From Perna viridis (lineage: Eukaryota): a stretch of 64,000 nt of DNA. Positions 12,801 through 27,800 of the stretch are shown piece after piece. Positions within the stretch are counted from its first letter, which is position 1; every line of letters begins with the position of its first letter. Location: contig CM074513.1 of NCBI GenBank assembly GCA_037379345.1, positions 24,304,001-24,368,000 on the forward strand. Reading direction: 5' to 3'. The translations under genes and the position numbers were made by a program. The notes beneath the pieces were generated by a model. That model was given only the letters and a program-made list of their open reading frames with translations. It did not search any database and was not told where the DNA came from.

Positions 12801-15800
12801 CTTCTGTGGAGTTCTTCCTTTCTGTCATTTTATCACTCGAGTTCTTCATCTCATCCATTCTTTCCTCCATAGCCATGTTTTTGGCTTTGCCCATCAGCTC
12901 CTCCACAGAACATTTTCTTTCAGACATATCCATCATTTTATGGAGGTTGGTGATTGTTTTCAAGTACTCATCAGGAACACTGACCATGTTGATTGGTTTC
13001 ATCCAGGCAGACATGTCCATTGTCATGTTGTGTTTCTTTGCCATCATCAGCATAGTATGCATTGATCCCAATTTGTGCATGTTAGCTTCCAATGTAAGAA
13101 TGGAACCTAAGTTCCACAGGACAGTGGTAAACATGGCTTGGGGAGGTAGTTTCTGACACATTCTGGCTAATGGTCCCATGCCAGGCTGAAGGAAGTTATG
13201 GAGCATGTACCAGACCTTTTCTGGACAATGTTCCACCTTCTTTCTTATACATTCCCCAGCAATCATTAAGTATCTGAAAAAATATTCAAAGGCAACTATC
13301 ATTGCACAGATTACTTGATACGAAACAGTATGATAACTAACTTAAGAGATACAAGATGAGACTTACAAAGTACATAAGTACATGTGAGGAGCATTAGCAA
13401 GAATAATTATACCATGTTCAAGCATTCAATAATGACAACAGGAGCAATTCAACTAATATTTTTTGGTCACACTACTCTTATTCACTATAAAGATTTCACA
13501 AAGTTGATTTATGATATTTAAACCTATCACTTCAAGTATCATTGAGGCATTGCCCATAGGCCATCTACATAACCATAGGCATTGCCCATTTACAGAACCA
13601 TAAGTATTGCCCATAGGCCATCTACATAACCATAGGCACTACCCATCTACAGTACCATTGGCATTACCCATGCCCATAGGTGATCTACAGTACCATAGGC
13701 ATTGCCCATTGACAATCTTCATGACTAAAGCCAATGCCCATGGAACACCAACATTAACATATGCTCTGCTTTTAAGTAACTGAGGTAAGAGTTAGATTTG
13801 GAAACATTAATTAATTGTCCAATATGAAAAGGCCAGGCATAACAGACATAAACCAGATTGTACTCACTGGCAGAGGTTTCCAGTAGATGAGGTAGGCAGC
13901 TGTAAGGAAGCCATTATTTTACTGTGCAGGGGCATCAGGCATGACTCAACCTCCTTGACCTTGCATTTTGTCTCCACTTCACATTCATCCTTTACAACTG
14001 TTGGACACATGTCACCAACATATCCCATGACTTCATGGAAGCGAGCATGCAGATGGTGTTTGGTAAAGAAATCACATCCCTGTGATGTAAGCATACCACA
14101 TCTCACAGCTAAAGCATATTTCCTGCAAATAAAAATGCAATTGATTTCACCAATAGTAGCATTTACCATGAGGGTGTTAACAAGAGAATCGGGCTACATT
14201 ATTGATAAAATAATCAAAGTGAACGGATCATGCCATTAGAAAAGACAGAATTACATCACTAGAAGAACACTACATTAAGACTTCAATATTTGGAGACCAA
14301 TATGAATAACAAAAATGGCCAGAAATCATCCAAAGTTGAGATCCCTTTTTACTACCCTTCATTCAAATGGTATACCAGGCAATTAGCACATAATAGAACC
14401 ATTAACATTTAATTGATTTTTTTTTGGTGATTTAAAAACATCTTAAGTTTGAAAGCAGTAGTATTGACAAAAAAACACATGCAATTGCTACCTACCAGAA
14501 AATTATTATCAAAATTGAGTGCTATACACTTTCAGTTACCCAAATTTATCTGGTGCATTGCAAAATCTGATTTCATTGAATCTTTAGCAACTTACAGGCA
14601 GATTCTACTTTTAGTTGCCCATGGTGACATAAGTTCCTTCTGGACAGCCTCGGTACATTCCAGGGCAACAGATGGATGACAATATCCTTGACCTTCAAGA
14701 GAATCAGTTTCAATACAATCCTTCATGTCTGTAGACATATGATGTATCTTCTTAAACATTCCAATGACTTCCATGGAATCAGCAGATGCAAGATCTAAAG
14801 GATTGTCTGCTGATCTTACAAATTTGAGAACCTGATTCATTTTATTGACCTGTCCAAAAATATTATTGACCTCTTCCATCATCTTTTTCTTCATTTCTTC
14901 ACGGTCACGTCTCTGGGCCATATCAAAAGCATTTCTCTTTTCACGCTGTGAATCTTCCATTTCTCTGTCTCTGTTGTCTTGACCAAGATATTTCATCATC
15001 CACATGTATGTAGCACATGATTTACGAAGCAAACCCTCCATTTCAGAAAAACTGTGGTATACCACCATCTGTGTTGTGTTACCGCAGGAAGCCAGATTTG
15101 GCCGTATACAGTCCATAAGATAAGTGCTATCCTCCCTGAAAAAGTAAAGTCAATATTTTTTTCAGAAATTTACTCTTGAATTAATTAACACTTAATAAAC
15201 ATGATGTGGACATTTCATAAAGAAGCTACCTTTGAATTTAGACTTAAGTCATAATAAAAGAATAAAAATCTTCTTATACACTTCTAATAATCACATATGA
15301 ATCTTTAGGGATTCTGGTACAAGTTTACCTCAAAATAAAAACTGGAATTTAAAGCAAGCAATAGTACAAAATTTCAACAACTGAAAGCATGTAAATAATT
15401 CAGTATTTACAATGAATGACCTACCTACAGATTCTAGGAGCATACATTTCAAAGCTGGACACAACTTTCATCATACATTGATTTGCACGATACAAATTAC
15501 ACTTCATGTCACGTCCCATCATCATATCTCCACTTCTCATGTCATCTCCTTCCATATCTCCCCTTGTTCGGTCTTCTTCCATATCCTGGTCTCCTTCCAT
15601 ATCCTCTTTCTCCATATCTCCTTCCCTATCATCTCTGTCCATATCGTCCATGTCTCTGTCTCCATACATATTGTCTTCATCCATTTTTTTATCCATGCAA
15701 CCTTTGGATCCCATCATGTCTGCCCTCATGCTATCTTTCATCTCAGCTGCAAATACATGTAAAACAATGACATTTTATACAAATGATTATTTGTTTTGTT

Positions 15801-18800
15801 TGTTTATCTTCTCTCATTGAAGTATTTTTTTAAACACAAATGTTTACATATACATATACTACTAAAGAAGGAAAATAAAAAAAAATTAAATTCAAACAGT
15901 GGTTACCTACATATAAGTCTGAAACACTATAAAACACAGGAGTTAAAATTTGTTGCCAAATTGATCTAAAGTATTTGTTTACAATTTAAAGGAGTATGTA
16001 CAGAAAATACCAAAATCAGACCCAAAAACTAAAGTATTTCATTGAATATGTGCCTTTCGTGGAAAACAAAGTTTCATTGCTTTTAATGCATGTGTTGCAC
16101 TAAACTTGTTGAGGTAAATAACACAAAATTTGAAAAACTAGCGTAACTATATTATTAATAGCTTATTTCATGAGACATTTTTATGTAGAAAATATAGAGA
16201 GCATTTATTGAACTCTTTGATATTTCTACAAAAATAGCCTTCTGTACCATTACAACTCCTGACAAAAGATTTGTTGTTCATAGCTTGCGCTGTATATTTT
16301 TGGATTAAAAAACTACCTATAATCGTCACATTTTTGTGAAAATTCTTCAAAAACTGTGTAGAGTTTTGTGCCCTCCTTATGACAAAATTATCACGCAACA
16401 GCATGTATTTTCTGTATATTAGTATTCAGATAGTATTTTACCTTTAAAATAGGCAAACAGTAAATTTCAAAAAGTAAGTTGAAACTTTGGTTAGTGAATT
16501 TACCCCTTTGTACATGTACAAAAAAATACATATGCAAAACATGAAAAATCATGAATTTGATACTAATAGAACAATAACTTTAATTACAGAGTTTCCCATG
16601 AAACTCATTGTAAAGTCTTGTGAAGCTCAATGAAGTATGTTCTCCTGTGTTAAATATAGACAAAATGTAACAAACCCATCATCTTATGTTCCTTAGCAAC
16701 AGTTGAAGTCATGAACATGGCAAGTTTCATGTACATCTCTCTAGCCTTATCCTTGGGAGTCATGTCCGTCATGTTGAGTTTACATCGGTCACCAATCAGC
16801 GCCATATTCAGAACAAACATTGTTCTCAGCTGAGACTTGAATGAAGCTGAGCAGGTCATGGAAGACTTTTCCAAACACTGGTGGATCTTCATTACATCAC
16901 TGTAAGAGAGAAAAATGTTGATCCAGATAACAGTATCATTTTTTTTCTTCCTTTTTTGCATAGTAACTATTAAGAAAGTAAAACATCTTCATGGTTTTTT
17001 GAACTTGTAATAAATTCTATAAATAAAAAATAAGAAGTGTTTTTTGTTAGTGTGTCTGTCTCTCTTGTTTATTTTGTTTTTTTTTTATTATTATTGAAGT
17101 TTTCATTCATATAGCCAGTAAAATTTTTGTAATTTGCAAAGATAAAAAAAAAATAACACATCGTCAATTAATTTTCAATCTTACTTTTTATACCATAGAA
17201 ATAACATAAAGTAAAAAAATAATGAAATAAGAAAAAGTTACAGAAAGCCTATAATAGTGATCATGTGATGGTACTTTTATAGTAAACAGATATCAATATA
17301 TTGGTAATACATGTAGATGAAAACAGTAGGCTGTGCATTATGGAATTTCACCCATTTTTTTGTCAACACTTACTGGTATTCTTTTTAACAACAATGCATG
17401 TATTTCCATAGTAGCATTTTATCCTATTAGACACTGCCCTTTGTCATTGATAATAGAAAAATTGTATTACCTGCACATATCTTTATCGTTCTGCATGAGG
17501 ATACGTGGAGCTACAGCTTTAACTGTCATCAGTTTAATACAGTTGACAGCAGTGTCCTGCATACAGTCAGCTGGTTCTGTAATCACAAGTTATTGTAGAT
17601 TACTAAAGAAGCTTCCAAACTAAAGTTGTAAATCATCACAATGGTCAAATTTCATAGAACAGACAAAGTGAGCAGAAAAATAACTGAATTTTATTACTTT
17701 TCACGAAATATTATCAACAAATGAATAATTAGTTTGGACAAATTTATTAAACCATATCACCTGACTAATAGAAAATAATAATTATGGCAGTTTAATGTCT
17801 AGACATTTATTTTTTGCAGTAAAACAAATATAAGTATGGCAGATTAGTGTCTAGACATTTATTTTTTTGCAGTACCCCATTGATAGTGGATTATTAGCAA
17901 GATGTACAATGTTTTCAAGAACTCAATTTCAGAGATTTATTAGTAAATGTATATCTACAAAATATTGAAGATTAGAACATAACATATAATACTGGATTAT
18001 GCAAAATTAAGGTGTTGGATTGAACATGTGTTGTCTAGTAAGCAAACAATATTACAAATTGGCAATATTTTTTCTTCAGTAAAATGAGAATAGGTATGGT
18101 GAATATGTCAAAGAGACAACAACCCCACTGGGATAAAAATGTCAGTCCAAGACCACCCATTCCTCATACTACAGGGCAGGCTGCAGCTGGCCCAAAACAT
18201 CATTATGCACAGGTACAGCAAAAAGAGTAGCCCTATATACTCAAGTAACATAAAAATAAGCTAAAGGTGAAAACGAAACAAGACATATAGAGGCCAGAAA
18301 TTCCTGAATTGGGACAGGCGCAAAAAATGTGGCGGGTGAAAGTGCTTTGGTGTGATCACAACCCTCCGCAAGTAGCATATATTAAAATAATTTTGTGAAG
18401 ATGACAGAGTATCCTTTTCAAGTCTGAAATCTGTGAAATAGCTCACCTGGTTTTGCTTGTGTTATTTGTGCCAATATTGAAGTGTCTGAAAATAAAAGAC
18501 ATGCAAAGATTACATAAACTTTTTCTTCTACTCAATGGAGAATAACAGTTTACTGACCTTACATAACATAACATAAAAACTTCATCAAAATAGTTATTTT
18601 TGTGGTAAAAGAGAGACAATTCTAATGTATTTAACTGAAAACAAAATTTATTTTATGTTTATATTGTTAAATATGTGCATACATGATTTTACTATGCCAA
18701 CAAAAAATCAGAAATTGACAAAATCAGAAGTAAATATACAGTAAAAAATTAAACATAATGAAAAAAATCCATACTTGAAAAATCCAATTTCCAATTTAAA

Positions 18801-21800
18801 TTGGAAAAAATCATGTCTGAAGGTAGGTTATATCCATAAATGATTATTCTCTAGAAGGAGTATGTAATAAGATAAACAAGTACATGAAACTTATGGTGCT
18901 TTCACATGTTCAAATAATGCACACTGAATTAGCGTCTTTACAAAGACTTAATCTTTCATCACAAGAGAAGTATACTGATTTTTAACCATAAAACCAAAGT
19001 TCATAGAAAAATAATCTATCAACAAGTATAACATACTGGCAGTACATTCTTTCTTTACAAATTCTACCATGGCTTGGTGAGTTTCGTTCATCTGTCCAAC
19101 AACCCAATCTATTGCTGGTTCCATTCCTGCATTTCTAAAGGCATTGCCCATACACTGTGTCATGGTAGAGGTCACTTCACAAATATCAACAAAACCATAC
19201 TTTGGTGAGGTTAATGCAGCATCCATATTAGTGCTGAGATCTGAGAAACATTGGGTGACAGCTTTGACCTCGTCCGTTGGAGTTGGATTTCTGGCTTGAT
19301 AGATATTAGCTGGACATGACATTAAGTAGTCATTTGTGGCCTTGTTGAGGACAAAGTTCACAAGATATAGTTCTAAACTGTTACATCCCTCCATTATATT
19401 AGCATGCTCTGCAGTTACACCAGCTACATATCTGGCAAAATAAATTATGAAAGTTAAGGGGGTAGACCTAGGGTAAGGTACATAACTCATGAAATCAGTG
19501 ATATGTTTGTATCATATTCAATTTCACCAAAGCCTCTCAAGCTTCCATTTGAAGTAGAAGAAAATGAATCCAAGTTCATTAGATGCTTACATAAGGTTGA
19601 TGTAAAATGCTGAATACAAACGTTCCAATGATTTTTAAGAGTTGTGTCCCTTACCCTAGGTCTACCTCCTTAAGATAATCATTTCATTTGTTTTCCTATT
19701 TTTTTTGTTTTTAGTTAAATGCTTATCTAATGTCTGACAACTAAGCCATGACTATTTAAAATGTAGATAAACAACACAAATACTTCATATTTTAAAACAT
19801 AATGCTCCAACTCCTGTGGCAATAACTACTTTCTTAAATTCCTCATCTTAATACATAAAAAACTTCATTCAGCACTATGAACCTTTAGAAATTGTCAAGT
19901 CTAAATTTTTTTTCTAAAGTAATGCAATCCCCCCAAAATAACAAGCAATGCATCTTCTGTAAATCGCAATCAGTTTAGCATCAGCAAGATTTCATTTCAA
20001 TAAAATGGGTCAATTTAGACAGAAATTGCAGAATTTCGCTAAACAGGAAATAGATGTCCAACAGGCCTCAAATCAAATCCCACAATATGGGACTTGTACC
20101 TAATGCTAGATACCTAATATCAAGGGGCTGTGATTAATATTTGTAAAGATAAAGTGTTGTGAAATAATTTCCCTACCTGCCATTTAAAATGGCCAATACA
20201 ATAGTAAAAATGCAAAGTCATATGTTAACCAAGCTATTTCACTTACCCACAAACTTCATTCAATGTCTTCCCTTCCTCTCTCATTCTGGTTATGTTCATA
20301 GCAATTTCTTTCACACCATATACCAACTGAGGTAAGTTACACTTCTTGATCTGACAGGGTGGCATCACCGTAGCAACATAGGCTTGAACATTGGTACAGT
20401 TAACATCCTTAGACCTCAGTCCAGGGTACATAAACTGATATAGCTGTTCCATTACATGTGGGTGGCAGTTTTTAGATTTTTCAACAAAGCATTTTGTCAC
20501 TGTCATCACCTCACTATTAATAGAAAGAAAGTGTTGACACATGAACTTAGTTCAGAATGATTAAAAAACACTCTTTGTATATTTCCATTTTAGGTAGCAG
20601 GTTAAATACTTGCAGTATTTCTGTTTCTAAAATATTGTACATAGTTGTACATATATTGTTCACCAAAATACTTGTTTTCTTTCTTCTAAAATCTTCTAGT
20701 AAATTTTTGGCCCTGCATTGTTTATTAATGCACAATTTATTTCTTTGTGATATCAAGTTCAAGATCAAATTCAAAATTTTCAACAACAAATTGATGAATG
20801 ACACATGTTTTAATGTGATTTTACATTGCCTTAATCTAATTCAGTCAATATCAGATATTTGCCCACTATTTCCAAGTTGTATGCTGCCCTTGTAGCATGA
20901 TACTTGGTTATAAATGAATGATTTCGCCCAAATGTCAATGTCAGTCATGAATATGTCTTCATGTCGTTATTTGACTTGAAAAAGTGTCGTCATTCTGTTA
21001 CTATGGATTTTATTACTTTGGTTGTCAGTGCCTTTCAGATGTTTACTTGAAGGTGGATTTACACTTAATGACATTTTGGTGACCTCTGTTAGTATTTACT
21101 GTTTTTATAAGGATAATAGTACGGTGCATTTTTTGTGTTGTTCCATTTTCTATGTATTAATAAAACTATGTAGCAAAAGATCAAAAAAAGAAAAAATAAA
21201 CAAATTTTTACAAAATTCGGGCATGTCAATTGCATAGAATTTTATTTCTCAAAATTAGAGAAGTTTTCTTCCAGACTACTAAGTGTTATAAATTGATGGT
21301 GCTGAGAGAATGATACTCACCTGCAATAGTTAGGGTCAGCATTAACCATTTCATAAGTCTTGACATAATAATTATCAATACAGGCCCCAATACCAACGGT
21401 ATCACAATCCTTGGTAACATCTCTAGCTTCTAACTGTGACAGGGCACAGATGTACTGAGACTGTTCTGGACACCAATCATTTGTCGCATTACCCAATAAA
21501 TACATGGTCTTCCTGAAGTAAGTCATTTCTGATGCGGAACAGTTAAACATATGTTGCTCTAGACATTCCAGTGTGCCATCTAATTTTCTGTAAATAAATA
21601 TTTGGTTTTTAGATTTTTCATTTATTCCATAGGAACTGGACTGCATACAAGTACAAAGGTTGCTGGTTAAGTGTCAATAACCTTACATAAATGTACTTTT
21701 TGAAAGGAAAACATTTCCAAGAATAAAACTGGCTTTACTACACTTAATCAATTCACACATTAAAAGAGATTCTCACTCCCACATATCCTGTTGTTACAGA

Positions 21801-24800
21801 GCCTCCCAAAAACCCAAAGAGAATGTCTATGATTTACAACAAATAAATGGTCAAAGTAGTTGTACATTGGAACAGAAGTTCCTACACAACAGATCTTCCA
21901 AATATAACAATTTAATGGAATTTTATTACATTTGTTCTTAACCAAACAAATTCTTATATCACAATATTCATTCCATAAGGAATGCTTACTATGGATATTA
22001 CCACATTAAAGTTACCAAAGGCATATCTGTGACATGTAACAAATATACGCTGACAACTGCACTAGAATAAAATGTTGTACTTCCTTCAAAAATAAGAAAG
22101 AATGTTTGTTACCAATTATTCCCTCCTTTCACATTCCAGGGCCACAGGACATAATTTAGCCACATCTATCATGCCGGTAGAAATTTTAAAATAGAGCCAA
22201 TGGGGGATTTTAATTAAATTGTGTTTTCTTGAAAACATATTTCTAAATCGGAGGAGAAAAAATATGACCTCGAGGATATGTATCAAATTCAGCTAAAAAT
22301 CAACCTCTGGTGTAAAAATTTCGTCAGGAACTAATTTAGAAGAAACAATAAATTGATTTTTACTTGTTTGTGGCTATATGGGATACTACCCAAATGATAT
22401 ACAAATAATTTTCAATCTGAACCCTAAAAATTCATTTTTTTATTTTTTTTTTTGTTCTGATTTTTATTTGATTTCTTTTTTTTCATTTTTCATCCAATCA
22501 GAACACTATTGTGTTATAACTACCTGCAGAACTCTCCTTGTTCCAAACCTGGTTGTCTGCTGTACTTGCCGAATATCTCCAAACATTGACCAGCCATTTT
22601 ACAAGATGGTTGTGATAGGTCAAAGTTCATAGAACAAACTGGTTTCACCATGGATTCTATCCAAGCATATCCCATTTGGAACATTTGTTTTGTAGGCTCA
22701 GAACAGGTAGGCGTGGCAGCTTCTAAACAGGTCTTGAGTCCATTGAAATCCCTAAGAAATAATTAACAGTAGAAAAACTGTGAGCATACCTTCAACTACT
22801 CACTCCAGAAACCAGTTAAAATATAAACAAAAGCAATCAAGTTGATGTTTTTCAGTCTGAAGTCAAATCCTAAATATGGAATATCTATATACTGGTAAAT
22901 GCTCTACCAAAATAGCAAATGGCTGTGTAAACTGTAACATAAAAGGTGTGGATGGAAAGTTACCACAATCCCTATATACCACCAGCTTTCAAAGCAGAGG
23001 GTAGAATGAACTAGTTGATTTCTTTGAACAAAGTTTTCTTGAAGAGATTGTAAAAATTAGGTACTATTCAAGTCTACAGCCATTTATATAAATATTAGTG
23101 GTAATGTCTTCTTACAGCTACCATACCTAGTAATTCTGATTTTTTTAAATTGTGCCAACCTCCAAGGTTTTAGAAAAGAACATAGCTCTATAGTAAACTT
23201 TGTCTAAATCATATTTTTTAATGCTGCATTCTCTTGGCTGTAAAATGATGTTTACAGAAACACCACTTAAAAATACACACCTGCAGGTGTACTCATGATC
23301 ATCAATGGGTGCAAATGGTGAAACAAGAATCCTAGATACGTAACTAGTCATACAGAAGCCAGCCAAATCCTTGTTACATGTTGGTGGGTCAGACGCTGGA
23401 GGCATACCAGTAGAATTCATCATACTCATTTTCTTCATCATCTGACATAGCATGTCTTCCTCACCACACTTCTCACCTGTCATGTCTGCAATACATTTTA
23501 CAGTGAGTTAAACAGTTAACTTTAGGGAATATAGTTGGTCTTCTTTTGATTTAAAGCCCATTTTCTGATGTACTGCTTTAGGTACCTATCTTGACAAATT
23601 AAAAGAAGATTTAACTTTCCATTATTTTGTACGTATTAGAATCTATGTCTGATAGAATTAACCACATTACTACCCATGGATGTTCATCAGGTAATGGCTA
23701 TTCAATCAAGGGAAGACCTACTCTATTATATGTAGTTTAGTAGTAGTCTTTGTAAGAATCATGCTAATTCTATAATATGCAATACACCCAAAAAAGGCTA
23801 CACATTTTCATTTTTGTTATCAGGTTGCTTTATAGGTCTTTATGATGAAATGCATCATTAAGCATTCAAATCTGTCTGGTCTTAGGAGATAATCCACATT
23901 GAAAATCCAACAGTGTCTATTGTATTTGAGTGTCATTTACGGAGTTATCTCCTTTAATTTTGAATTCTACAGAGCATTCTATATAATTATTATCTCCTAA
24001 GAACACAGGTTAAATGAAAAGCTGAGTTTTAATTTTTGTTTACTATAATATATTAAACAAAACATCAAAAATGAAAATATGTAGGCTTTCCAACCATGTA
24101 TCACATTTTGCATGATTCTTAGCTTGAGTACTACTTAAATATATTACTTACTGGATTTTGGTTTTTATTCAAAACACATGTTGCTCTACTTAACTAAATA
24201 CAAGACTTTGGATGTAGAAATAGGACTTGACATGACCTATTCCTGTTCCCTTGAGGGGTATAGGGCCTTCACCTAAGTCTACCATCTGTCACTGTCCTTC
24301 GCTGATCTTTTGGCATATTGCCAATTAAGCAATTAAGACTTATATATAAGTACCTTCTTATCTTTTTACTGCTTCGTTTTTCCAAGACTTTAAAATCAAT
24401 GATTAAAAAAGAAGTCGTATTCAAAACACTAAATCAATAAACTAACTATATGACTGAAATATGGGTGTAGGACAACTTGGAGACAATGTTGGAATAATGA
24501 AAAGAAAAAGAGATTTTGAGTTTCCACATCTCAATTTAACAATTCTTCCAATAATATAAAACAATTCACTTACTTAATCTCATTACAGAACATGCAGCTC
24601 TTTTAATATTTCCAGTCAGCTCAGCAAGTTTAGCTTGGGCAATCTTTGCCATTGGTGAGAGGTTAGTCTGGTGATATACACAATTGTCCATCTTTATAGC
24701 ATACATACAGTCTTTTTGAAGGTTTTCTGGTGAGGGATTAACCCAGGCATGTGCTTGTATTTCAAGATATTCTCCAATACAACGTGACATGTTGTAGTAT

Positions 24801-27800
24801 GGGGTATGACTCAACATTTTGAATTGTTCCTGTGAGGGTTCCAAGGGATATCCACAGAACTTGCTGTCTTTAGCTACCAGACTATAGAATGCCTGCATGA
24901 CAGGTACCAATTGAAGAGGTGTACACTGACTGACCAATACCATCTGACAATCCCAAGCTCTTTTGGCAATACTAAAATAGACAAAATTGGGAAAACCATA
25001 AACATATAATCCTTCAATAACACTGCAATTGATCATGTATTTCGCTGTAAGTTGTAAATTCCAACAGTAACAGCAAAGTCCATATTCAGCAACACCTAAT
25101 ATAAATATACAATTCTCTATATTTAAGACTAATGAATGGTTTAGAAGGAGATGACTACACAAAAGGGAAACCTATATCAGAGCCAATGGCAAAGCTACAT
25201 TTGATAATTGAAAACCTTTACTCAACTATACCTAAAATGTAAAAAAGTTTTGTAGATGTACACATATCATGTCAGTTTTCTTTCTAACCAATAATATTTT
25301 CTTGGAAGTTCTGTAGGTTATGACAATTAAGAGTTTTAGAATATTTCTGAAACTTTCCTTACTTTAAATGTATGTCATAACTGATTAAAGAGGGAGAGTG
25401 TAATATTAAATGTATACCCTTCTAACGGAAAATGACAATATCCATATTAATCTAACGAAAAACAAAAATTCACTCAAGCCCATACCAAAACTATATACTG
25501 AAAATGGCAGGTAAGAATTATACTTTTCTTCCACTAATAGTCCTTTGATGAGAGTTGAGTAGAACAGTTCCAGACACGTAATAAAATCAAAACTCAAACT
25601 ATTTTGGTCTTGCATGCAAAATTAAATAAGAGTCATATACAGTGTCTGAAAATTGGAACTCCAGGGTATAATTTAAAATTCAATTTATAGTATGGCACAT
25701 GATTCTGATCCCTATCCGACATATGAATATCCAAATAAAGAAGAGGATAGTTGCAGAATCAAAAGAAATCGTTGTATTACAATTCCTCGAGTGATCAGCC
25801 TACACAGGTTTTTAAGGATATATTCTAAGAATTTTCTAGAACATAAACAACAGTGAATTTGTTGATGAACTTACTCGCAGAAGTTAGCTGCAGTACCAGG
25901 AGTCATAAAAAGGTCTGAAAGGCAGTTATTCATGGCAATAGAAGGTTTACACACGGCCGATTCTCCTCGGACACCAGTTCTTGTTACATCATGAATGACC
26001 TTGATCTTGGCAAACATTATCTCCTGTTCATCTGTAAAAAAAATGAGAAAGATATCAGCTACTATTTATAGATAGGCACTGCTGATTTGTCATGAAAATA
26101 TCACTGGGGTCAAAAAAATATAAATTTGCAGGGATCTAACTGTAAGCATGGTATACAAGTAATGACCCTAAAGTTTTTTAAGCAATAGATTAAGTAGAAT
26201 TTATCTAGGAAATGATGCATTCAAAGTATTATAAATCATGAAAAATAAGTCAAGAAGTTGCACACATTATTGTGTGCATACCCTTACCTATACAAAAAGT
26301 TGATATCTGACAGCACAATAAAATGCTAAAAATGTATCCCCCATCTATACAAAGTCACATACCAAATTTGAAATAAATCCATCAATCCATTGGAAGCTGA
26401 GAAAATTGCAAAAGAATTGACATGGACACACATGGTGATTCCAATTTACCAACCACTCACCGAGTGGGTTATAATAAAAGTATTGCATTCTGCACTTCCT
26501 GACACACATTTTTGTGTGCATTATCAAATCACTGAATTTACTCTAACAAAATGTTTATAAAAATGTGTGTGTATAATAGTTTAGTCAATGATCATCTTGA
26601 TTCACATGAGGTCTCATCATAAAGATAACTTCATTGAAACTTTAAAAACTGCACTTTGACACTCCACAAGTTCAGCCTATTAATAACTCAAAAATGTACA
26701 GCTTCAAATTATCTTTATCAGGTATTTATTATTTACCTCCAATAGCTCTGTACATTCTTTCATCTCTCTCGGCATCCATTCCAGGGCTCATGAAGTCTTG
26801 CAAGATTGACATATTACACATATTTCTCACCATGTCAATCACACGGTGGGCTGTCATATTTAACTCCATAGATTTAACAGAAGCATCACATTTCTCCATG
26901 GAAACACGGGCACATCCCATCATCTTGTATACAGTTCTAAAGCATGGACAAGAATGGTAAAAAAATACAATGTGTTAAACATAAGCTTTCTAATAATGAA
27001 TACATAGCAATATATTAAGAATTTTTGTTATTTTTAATGAGTTTAAACTTTTTTCATGAGAAAAGAACAAGTTTTTTTTTCCCTTTTTTTTCCGATGTAT
27101 TAACCAACAGTTTTTTCCTAGATCAACCAATTTCATATTGTTTGACTAATCAATCAGTAAGTGAAGCAATATTAAAGTTAAGACAGTGGAAAAAACAAAA
27201 AATTGGGCATTTCCATTTCTGCCAAATACATATTCAAATTAAATCAGAATCTTTTATTACCTGCACACCATCTGTTGTCCTAACTTTTCTCTATGATCAA
27301 CCATCCAGCTGATATTTACAGACTTGAAACACATCATTGCTTTCTCCTCATTACAATTCTGATTATATTTGACAGGAGACATCTTAGCAACTTCACTGTC
27401 ACAAGCATCACCCAGCAATGTTTTAGCAAACTCCACTGAGCCAGATAAGTCTTTAAGATCACCCATGGTACATTCATCAGCAATCACGGCTTCAAGAACC
27501 TTCTTCTGAGTATGTTCTGCCATTCTGTCAAAATAACAAATGATTATTGACTTAAATATGCCTTATTTACAAAGGCTGTTACACAAAAATGTGTGTTCAG
27601 GCCTAAAATATTGTCCCAAATGGACAGGATTCCACATTATTTCAACAAAATATTTGTGTGAACCCTATGAAACTTTATTTCAATTTTCATATGTTCATAT
27701 ATAAACACCAGACAATGACCAAATCTGATTTCAAGCTCTATACCTGCAGATGTCCTTGACATTGGTAGCAGGGTTATAAATAACTCTTCCCAAAGCCACA

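Noticed and set aside
12460-15820. Plus-strand His/Ser/Ile-rich ORFs (12460-12729, 12605-13156, 15412-15762, 15483-15770, 15506-15820)
   Set aside because: Antisense shadows of ATG/GAT/GAA-rich minus-strand exons.
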